Shown: positions 56,099-61,929 of the stretch, one piece after another | Layout of the letters: the number at the start of each line of letters is the position of its first letter | How positions within the stretch are numbered: the first letter of the stretch is position 1 | Assembly (NCBI GenBank): GCA_017964405.1 | Contig: JAGCSA010000034.1 | Span: 1 to 61,929 of the forward strand | DNA length: 61,929 nt | Source: Bacilli bacterium | GTDB taxonomy: Bacteria > Bacillota_I > Bacilli_A > RF39 > UBA660 | Reading direction: 5' to 3' | Program-made: the position numbers and the translations under genes | Notes under the pieces: model-generated | The model's input: only the letters and a program-made list of their open reading frames with translations | Databases searched by the model: none | Told to the model about the DNA's origin: nothing

Positions 56099-57157
56099 TT
56101 AGTCAGAAAGAACAAATCGAATCATTTCGGTATTAGAAATGGCATTACTTCCGGCACCACCATGACTGGTATTCGGAAGAATGGTATATTGAACAGTTTT
56201 GGCATAAGGTTTCACTGCATTCACACTACTCTGCATACAATTGGCATATGTATCATCATTACTAGAACCAGATCCTGCTCCACTACCACGCATAGCCCAT
56301 ACTTTGACTCCTGTAAAACTCTCTGGATGAAAGCCACTCGATTTGCAACAACTAACCGGTGCTGCCGCATGGAAGAAACCGGGATATTGACTGACCATCA
56401 TCCAAGTACCAATCGCTCCCCGAGAGTGTCCTCCAATATTGATATTTTTTAAATCACATTGATACTCGGAACAGACCTCATCAATGATTTTTTTGAGTTC
56501 TCCTAGATGTCCCCCTTCATACCAACCAGGATTTCCTGTACTACCTAAATTCGGAGTATGAGGAGAAACAACAATCGCAGGATATCCTGCTTTTTCAGCA
56601 TTCGCTCCCAAAGGATTATTTTTCGCATTATTGGCACTACCACCATCTCCATGTAACCACATGAATAAAGGAAGTCCTGCCGTCGCATTTTTTGGAACAT
56701 AAACATAATAAGTAATGCCACCTTGGGCACCCTCTGAAACTCCAGGATCGGCAACAATCTTAGGAGTACCCTTTTCATATTGAGAAGGATCGGTATATGT
56801 TTTTGTTTTCTTTTGTTCATAAGGATCAATATAAGAGGGAGTTCCCGTTTCTGCTTTCGCAGAATTCCAACAAGAACTAATCGTAAAATTCGTTCCCAAT
56901 ACATTCATCAAAACATCCACAAGCATCGGAATAAAAAAGAGAATCGCTGCAGCCAACAAAGAATTTTTAATACGAGATAGCCCCTTCTTATCCTCTGGAT
57001 CTTTGATTAATCGAATCAAATGAATGACAGCCATAACCATTAATAAAATAGGTGCAATGATCTGTATAAGTTGAAGAATCTTCCGAACAGCTGACATAAT
57101 AGGAATCAAGTCCGGAGAAGAACAATCATTCATGGTCCATAAAAACATCATAAGCAT
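56099..57157 (-). CDS. membrane-anchored alpha/beta-hydrolase (esterase, PHB-depolymerase-like) with N-terminal two-helix hairpin
   Basis: Nucleophile elbow GGHSRGA and LFMWLHGDGG oxyanion-type segment. N-terminal ILQLIQIIAPILLMVMAVIHLIRLI...LLAAAILFFIPMLVDVL hairpin. Start codon uncertain (several ATGs within 57133-57157). Confidence 0.65.
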   Translation of the reverse strand: MLMMFLWTMNDCSSPDLIPIMSAVRKILQLIQIIAPILLMVMAVIHLIRLIKDPEDKKGLSRIKNSLLAAAILFFIPMLVDVLMNVLGTNFTISSCWNSAKAETGTPSYIDPYEQKKTKTYTDPSQYEKGTPKIVADPGVSEGAQGGITYYVYVPKNATAGLPLFMWLHGDGGSANNAKNNPLGANAEKAGYPAIVVSPHTPNLGSTGNPGWYEGGHLGELKKIIDEVCSEYQCDLKNINIGGHSRGAIGTWMMVSQYPGFFHAAAPVSCCKSSGFHPESFTGVKVWAMRGSGAGSGSSNDDTYANCMQSSVNAVKPYAKTVQYTILPNTSHGGAGSNAISNTEMIRFVLSD

Positions 57158-57222
57158 TACCTCTATTTTAATATATCACAAAAAAGAACAAAAAAATAAA
57201 AAAGTAAACTTTCGTTTACTTT

Positions 57223-58386
57223 TTAATAATTTCGATTTCTTAGGAAAGAAGGAACTTCGTAATCTGCTCCAGAAGAGGTATCATCAGAAGAATCATCTTC
57301 TCCTAAAGCTTCTGGTTGATAAGAAGTATATTCCTCTCTAGGAGTACTTCTTCTTTGTCCTTGAACACCTGGGTTATTCGCAGGAGCAGGAATTTCTTTA
57401 TTAGCTCCATTGCTATAAATTGGTTCTGGTGCTTTCTTTTTATCAAATCCTGTTGCAATAACAGTAACAATCACTTCATCACTTAAGTTCTCATTAATAA
57501 CAGAACCAAAGATTGTATTGATATCCGTATTAGCAGCACTTCTAACAACCTCAGCAGCTTGTTCAGCTTCGAATAAGGTTAAGTTAACACCACCTGTAAT
57601 ATTGATAATGGCATCGGTTGCTCCTTCAATAGATTGTTCTAGTAATGGAGAAGAAACAGCTTGTCTAGCAGCTTCTAATGCTCGATCTTCACCCATTCCA
57701 ATACCAATACCGATAATAGCACGTCCAGAATCTTCCATAATCGCTTTAACATCTGCAAAGTCTAGGTTAACTAATCCTACAACAGCAATTAAATCGGAAA
57801 TAGATTGAACACCACGACGTAATACATTATCAACTTCTTTAAATGCCTCTAACATTGGAGTAGATTTATCAATAATCTCTCTTAAACGATCATTTGGAAT
57901 AACAATTAAGGTATCAACATGTTTTCTTAATTCTTCAATACCTGCTAATGCGTTATCCATTCTTCTCTTTCCTTCAAAAGAGAAAGGTTTTGTAACAATC
58001 GCAACCGTTAAAGCACCTAATCCTTGAGCAATTTCAGCTACAACAGCAGCAGCACCTGTTCCAGTACCTCCACCCATTCCAGCTGTAATGAATACCATAT
58101 CGGCACCACTCAAAGCGTCTTCAATTTCTTTCTTAGACTCAACAGCAGATTCACGACCAACTTCTGGTTTTCCACCTGCTCCAAGACCATCCGTTAAAGT
58201 AGCTCCAATTTGGATTTTAATATCCGCTTTAGAAGAATTTAATACTTGCAAATCTGTATTAGCAGCAATAAACTCTACTCCTTTAACTCCTGACTCTATC
58301 ATACGATTAACAGCATTACCACCGCCACCACCAATACCGATGACTTTGATTTTTGCTAATTGATCCATTTCTAATCCGCCTATCAT
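57223..58386 (-). CDS. ftsZ: cell division protein FtsZ
   Basis: [20 protein letters not shown] and a C-terminal DYEVPSFLR peptide. RBS AAGGAGGA. Terminator AGTAAAC/GTTTACT just downstream of the stop (about 57203-57220). Confidence 0.97.
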   Translation of the reverse strand: MIGGLEMDQLAKIKVIGIGGGGGNAVNRMIESGVKGVEFIAANTDLQVLNSSKADIKIQIGATLTDGLGAGGKPEVGRESAVESKKEIEDALSGADMVFITAGMGGGTGTGAAAVVAEIAQGLGALTVAIVTKPFSFEGKRRMDNALAGIEELRKHVDTLIVIPNDRLREIIDKSTPMLEAFKEVDNVLRRGVQSISDLIAVVGLVNLDFADVKAIMEDSGRAIIGIGIGMGEDRALEAARQAVSSPLLEQSIEGATDAIINITGGVNLTLFEAEQAAEVVRSAANTDINTIFGSVINENLSDEVIVTVIATGFDKKKAPEPIYSNGANKEIPAPANNPGVQGQRRSTPREEYTSYQPEALGEDDSSDDTSSGADYEVPSFLRNRNY

Positions 58387-58398
58387 ACTTTTTCCTCC

Positions 58399-59634
58399 TT
58401 AATCATCGAAAAAGTGTCCAAACACTTTACCACTAATATTATCTAAAATCTCGGAAGCATCAACCTTTGTCATTTTTTCTCTTTCCTCATCAGAAAACAT
58501 ATTATAGGTTTTACCTCTTAAATCTAGTTTATCATTAAAATACTTAATAATTCCATAACAACTACTAAATTGATTATGACGAATCCCCATAGCAGTTAAA
58601 TTACAAACAGTGGCCATCACTCCAAATTCTTGTTCTACCAAGTATTGGAAACCAGCCAATTCACTTAAGCCACCTGTTATTATTATATAACGTATTTCTC
58701 TATTTGTTAAGTTTTTTATTTCATTTTTACTAACATTTAATATCTCACGAACCCTTGCTTCTACAATTTTAGAAGCATTAACTTGATTCACCATTTTGAC
58801 TTCTTCAGAATCTACTGGTAACTCCCAAGTTTCCCCTTCTTCTGCATAACTAGCAACCGCAACAGCAAACTTTTCTTTCATCGCACGAGAGTCACTCAAT
58901 TTACACTTATAAGCATACGTTAAGTCTTTATCAACATTCTTACTACCAACAGGAATACTACCATGTTTAATCTGAATACCTCGATTAAAAATAGAAATAT
59001 CTGTCGCTTCTTCTCCAATGTTAATAACAGCTCCTACAACTTCATCATATTTAGAATCTTTTAAACAATAATAATCTCCAAAAGATCCATAACAAATATC
59101 AATCGTCTCTAAACCAGCTAATTTTAAGACTTCTAGCATCCGATACAATGGTTCTTTGGGAGTTGTACTAACAACTACCCTTGCAGATAGTCTTTGTCCT
59201 TTCATCCCCTTTGGATCATGCACCGTTGTCTCTTCATCTATATTAAAATTAATCGGCATAGCCGTTACTAATTCATCTTCCTCAAAATTAATATCTTTTA
59301 AAGAATCCTGTAATACATTACTAACATCAGTTCCTGTAATATTTTCAGGATCTAATACATCTGCTTCTCCTGTAATAATATCCATCGTACAACCTTCAGG
59401 AGGAACACAAGCGACTACTTTCGTAACTCTTACTCCTAAATGTTCACTTACTTCTCTTACTGCATTCTTACAACTAGAAACAGCAGACTTCATATCAGAG
59501 ATAAAACCATTTTTTACACCAGAAGAGGGACTACTGGTACAAGCTAAAACATGATAGTTCTGATCGATTTTTTCACATACGATGATTTTTATCTTATCGC
59601 TTCCAAGATCAATGCCAGTATAAATCTCACTCAT
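58399..59634 (-). CDS. ftsA: cell division protein FtsA
   Basis: Actin-like ATPase (GIDLGSDKIKI, IITGGLSELAG) directly upstream of ftsZ. RBS AGGAGA. Confidence 0.95.
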   Translation of the reverse strand: MSEIYTGIDLGSDKIKIIVCEKIDQNYHVLACTSSPSSGVKNGFISDMKSAVSSCKNAVREVSEHLGVRVTKVVACVPPEGCTMDIITGEADVLDPENITGTDVSNVLQDSLKDINFEEDELVTAMPINFNIDEETTVHDPKGMKGQRLSARVVVSTTPKEPLYRMLEVLKLAGLETIDICYGSFGDYYCLKDSKYDEVVGAVINIGEEATDISIFNRGIQIKHGSIPVGSKNVDKDLTYAYKCKLSDSRAMKEKFAVAVASYAEEGETWELPVDSEEVKMVNQVNASKIVEARVREILNVSKNEIKNLTNREIRYIIITGGLSELAGFQYLVEQEFGVMATVCNLTAMGIRHNQFSSCYGIIKYFNDKLDLRGKTYNMFSDEEREKMTKVDASEILDNISGKVFGHFFDD

Positions 59635-59662
59635 CGAATTTCATCTCCTATCTTCAAACTTT

Positions 59663-59690
59663 ATTATACTATAATTTCCTTTTTTTGCAA
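59663..59690 (-). promoter_or_regulatory. sigma-A promoter for ftsA-ftsZ
   Basis: Minus strand reads TTGCAA (59690-59685), 16 nt, TATAAT (59668-59663). Confidence 0.6.
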
Positions 59691-59697
59691 AGAACAT

Positions 59698-61008
59698 TTA
59701 TTCTTTATAATAAACATCAAAAATCCATACAGAATAAGAATAAGTAGAGGTTTCTTTAATATGTTCATAGATTTCTTTCGCATATTGAATATTTTCATGA
59801 TCCGAAACATAAAAGTATACATCATGCATATCATCCACCTTCTTAATCATAGAATTTGTTCCATCATATCCAAAATTTCCATATAAAGGAATATCCATAT
59901 AAGAAATTGGATGATTCGATGCAATATCAAAAAACATATTATGATAATTAAACATCCAGTTATTCTCTCTCGATTCATAATCTTCTAATACTTCTTGAAA
60001 ATGTTCTTCATATTCCCTAGTCGTTAAATATCCCATAAAGTGATTTGTTTGACTAAACTGACTATGAGAATAGACATCTGCATGATAACAAACATTTAAT
60101 AGAATAGAAAAGACAAATAAAACAATCACTCCCGATTTCACAACTTTAGGAATCTCTTTATCTTTAAGATTCATCAGAATCAGAATCAATGTCATACAAG
60201 CTAAGTATTGAAAATGAAATAAATCAACTAAAGGAAATAGAAAGAAGAAACTTCCTAAATAATAATAATTGGAAACATCCCCCTTATATTTGATAAACCG
60301 ATAAATACAATAAAGGAAACAAATAAGGGATAATACTAGGAAGAAAGGACTTCGATAATGATTATTGCCTCCAAAATCAAATAATCCTGCTACAGATAAA
60401 TTCCAAAAAGAAGGAAATGCTCCTGTAACCAAAAGAAAAACTACAAAGAGGATTCCTAGTCCCAACATTCCTAAAATACGATGCCAACATTTTTTAATAC
60501 TCTTAGTAGATAAAAAAGAACAAAGAATAATCACAACTCCCATCGTATGTTTGGTTAATACAAGAAGTCCTAAGATAAATCCAATTAAATAATCACTCTT
60601 CTCCTCTTTTTCCAAATAAAGTAAAAGAACTAAAAACACTAAAACTAAAAAATTATAATTCGGAAAGAATAAATAACCAAATCCTAATAAAATAGCTGGT
60701 ATCAAATAAAATACTTTTTTCCCAATCATTTGATAAACAAAAGAATAAGCAAATACTCCTAAGAAAGATTGTCCGAATACAAAGAATAAATACTGATCAG
60801 AAAAGAGTAAAAAGAAACTCATCAAATAAGCATATAAAGGAGTCGTAATAATATTAAAATCCCGATAAGGAATCTCCCCTATTCGGATCGCATGAGCCAT
60901 TCCATAATTCCAAATATTATCGGTATTGTTATATCCTAAAAAAAGAATTCCAAAAAAGAAAAGCAAAAAACAAAGATAATAATGATAATACTTCTTCAAA
61001 TATTTCAT
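59698..61008 (-). CDS. polytopic membrane protein, putative GT-C (PMT_2/ArnT-like) glycosyltransferase
   Basis: Start at MKYLKKYY after AAAGGAGGAATTCT. About 11 TM segments. First loop is GMAHAIRIGEIPYRDFNIITTPLY. C-terminal roughly 120-aa soluble domain. Function tentative. Confidence 0.5.
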   Translation of the reverse strand: MKYLKKYYHYYLCFLLFFFGILFLGYNNTDNIWNYGMAHAIRIGEIPYRDFNIITTPLYAYLMSFFLLFSDQYLFFVFGQSFLGVFAYSFVYQMIGKKVFYLIPAILLGFGYLFFPNYNFLVLVFLVLLLYLEKEEKSDYLIGFILGLLVLTKHTMGVVIILCSFLSTKSIKKCWHRILGMLGLGILFVVFLLVTGAFPSFWNLSVAGLFDFGGNNHYRSPFFLVLSLICFLYCIYRFIKYKGDVSNYYYLGSFFFLFPLVDLFHFQYLACMTLILILMNLKDKEIPKVVKSGVIVLFVFSILLNVCYHADVYSHSQFSQTNHFMGYLTTREYEEHFQEVLEDYESRENNWMFNYHNMFFDIASNHPISYMDIPLYGNFGYDGTNSMIKKVDDMHDVYFYVSDHENIQYAKEIYEHIKETSTYSYSVWIFDVYYKE

Positions 61009-61021
61009 AGAATTCCTCCTT

Positions 61022-61929
61022 TCATGCATAATAATAAATCGTAAATAAACCCACTTTTCCTACTTCATGGGAATTGTCAATAACGTATCCCACAATATCA
61101 ACATCAAACTGCGTATCATCTGGATTCTTACCAGAAATAATCGCATCATAATAACGATAATCTAAATAAAAATATGTATCATGCATTTTTTCTATCCTTT
61201 GAATCATTTTCTGACTACCATTGTATCCATAATTTCCATGCAAAGGGACTCCAAAATAATCAATCGGACGATCCATAATAATATTGAAAAACATTCCTGT
61301 ACCATCAATCACAACGGACTTCTCGTGAGAAGAAACCTCTTCTACTACCTCATTAATCGCAGGAATAGAAGGTTCATACATAAATGTCCCTTCAAAATGA
61401 CGATAAGGAGAAAACGTAATTTCTTTGTACGTATCCCATCGAAGAATAACATTCATCGCTACAAAAACTAGAATCAATAAATAAGGTAATAATTGGAGTT
61501 TGATTTTATCTTGATATAAATCTAAAAAAGGAAGTAACGTAAAAGAAAAGAAATAAGGAAAATGTCCCAAATCACAAATAGGAAATACTAAAAAGAAAGC
61601 TCCTAATGCATAATAAAACCCCATGTTTTTAGGATGTTTCCATAAATGATAACCAATAAGAATTAAAAAAATCCCTGTTAAAACAACACACCAATTAATG
61701 AGTAAATGATTACTACTACCAAAATCAAATAATCCAAAGAAACATAAATCTAAAAAAGAAAAGAAAGATCCAGTAATCACTAAATATAAACAAAAGATTA
61801 AAAGAGGAATCACACATCCATTCACTCTTTTCAAGATTCTCTTCCAATCTCTCACTCCTATACACGTAAGAACAAAGACAGGAAGACCTATCGTATGTTT
61901 CGATAAAATTAAAAGCCCTAATACAAAAC
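61022..61929 (-). CDS. paralogue of 59698..61008, 5'-truncated by the window edge
   Basis: The frame stays open beyond the track start (GTG at 61855) to nt 61929. The extra residues FVLGLLILSKHTIGLPVFVLTCIG align with ILGLLVLTKHTMGVVIILCSF of the neighbour. The C-terminal domains also align (PLHGNYGYNGSQKMIQRIEKMHDTYFY versus PLYGNFGYDGTNSMIKKVDDMHDVYFY). Confidence 0.6.
   Translation of the reverse strand, partial: FVLGLLILSKHTIGLPVFVLTCIGVRDWKRILKRVNGCVIPLLIFCLYLVITGSFFSFLDLCFFGLFDFGSSNHLLINWCVVLTGIFLILIGYHLWKHPKNMGFYYALGAFFLVFPICDLGHFPYFFSFTLLPFLDLYQDKIKLQLLPYLLILVFVAMNVILRWDTYKEITFSPYRHFEGTFMYEPSIPAINEVVEEVSSHEKSVVIDGTGMFFNIIMDRPIDYFGVPLHGNYGYNGSQKMIQRIEKMHDTYFYLDYRYYDAIISGKNPDDTQFDVDIVGYVIDNSHEVGKVGLFTIYYYA

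Noticed and set aside
56099-57157. Remnant of a conjugative or mobile element, inferred from the VirB2-like N-terminus of the esterase
   Set aside because: No relaxase, coupling protein, VirB4/VirD4-like ATPase, integrase or flanking repeats are present. The neighbours are arginase and ftsZ, separated by ordinary terminators.
3902-61471. About 35 short track ORFs (60-133 aa) lying antisense or out of frame inside longer genes, for example 3902..4126, 10654..10959, 12131..12340, 13266..13582, 14221..14727, 15223..15707, 23296..23583, 26765..26980, 29380..29781, 34172..34354, 35954..36262, 41032..41271, 42389..42692, 42919..43227, 43577..43858, 44158..44529, 48301..48601, 52000..52194, 53416..53707, 54526..54714, 56090..56980, 57132..57341, 57518..57808, 58088..58363, 59156..59886, 60365..60592, 61181..61471
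   Set aside because: All are embedded in longer ORFs with recognisable families or clear RBS/operon context. Their translations are low-complexity (Phe/Ile/Leu/Ser/Asn-rich), as expected from antisense reading of AT-rich coding DNA. None has a convincing RBS.
1-61929. rRNA, tRNA, tmRNA, RNase P, SRP RNA, transposases, integrases, prophage genes
   Set aside because: All spacers are under about 350 nt and are explained by promoters and terminators. I found no cloverleaf-like GC-rich segments or conserved RNA motifs, and no ORF resembles a transposase, recombinase or phage structural protein.

Overview
AT-rich, Bacillota-type chromosomal segment of 61.9 kb with about 54 credible protein genes, all but five on the minus strand. 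I recognised no rRNA, tRNA, CRISPR array, transposase or integrase. The backbone is cell division and envelope housekeeping: mraZ-rsmH-ftsL-PBP2B, murE, mraY, ftsA-ftsZ, two NodB deacetylases, a Wzx flippase, VanZ and yqeG-yqeH. The dcw genes lie in four separated blocks, in non-canonical order, interleaved with lineage-specific membrane and surface genes. Candidates for undescribed biology, ranked: (1) a LysR-headed operon of an orphan 541-aa radical SAM enzyme, a NADAR protein, a CYTH-like protein with a degraded ExExK motif and a dTMP-kinase-like protein (17317-21518), divergent from gshF plus an overlapping stand-alone copy of the GshF ATP-grasp half; (2) five dispersed paralogues sharing an N-terminal signal-anchor plus TasA/camelysin-like module with swapped C-terminal domains, including a tandem pair with a 261-nt near-identical block; (3) a DUF1292 gene coupled to a 1915-aa protein built from 8 repeats of about 75 aa and a duplicated N-terminal module, preceded by four unknown bitopic membrane proteins directly after PBP2B; (4) an in-frame TAA that cuts the membrane anchor off the only division PBP in the window; (5) a zinc-ribbon membrane protein coupled to a HerA-like DUF853 ATPase. 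All family assignments come from motif recognition by eye; no searches were run.
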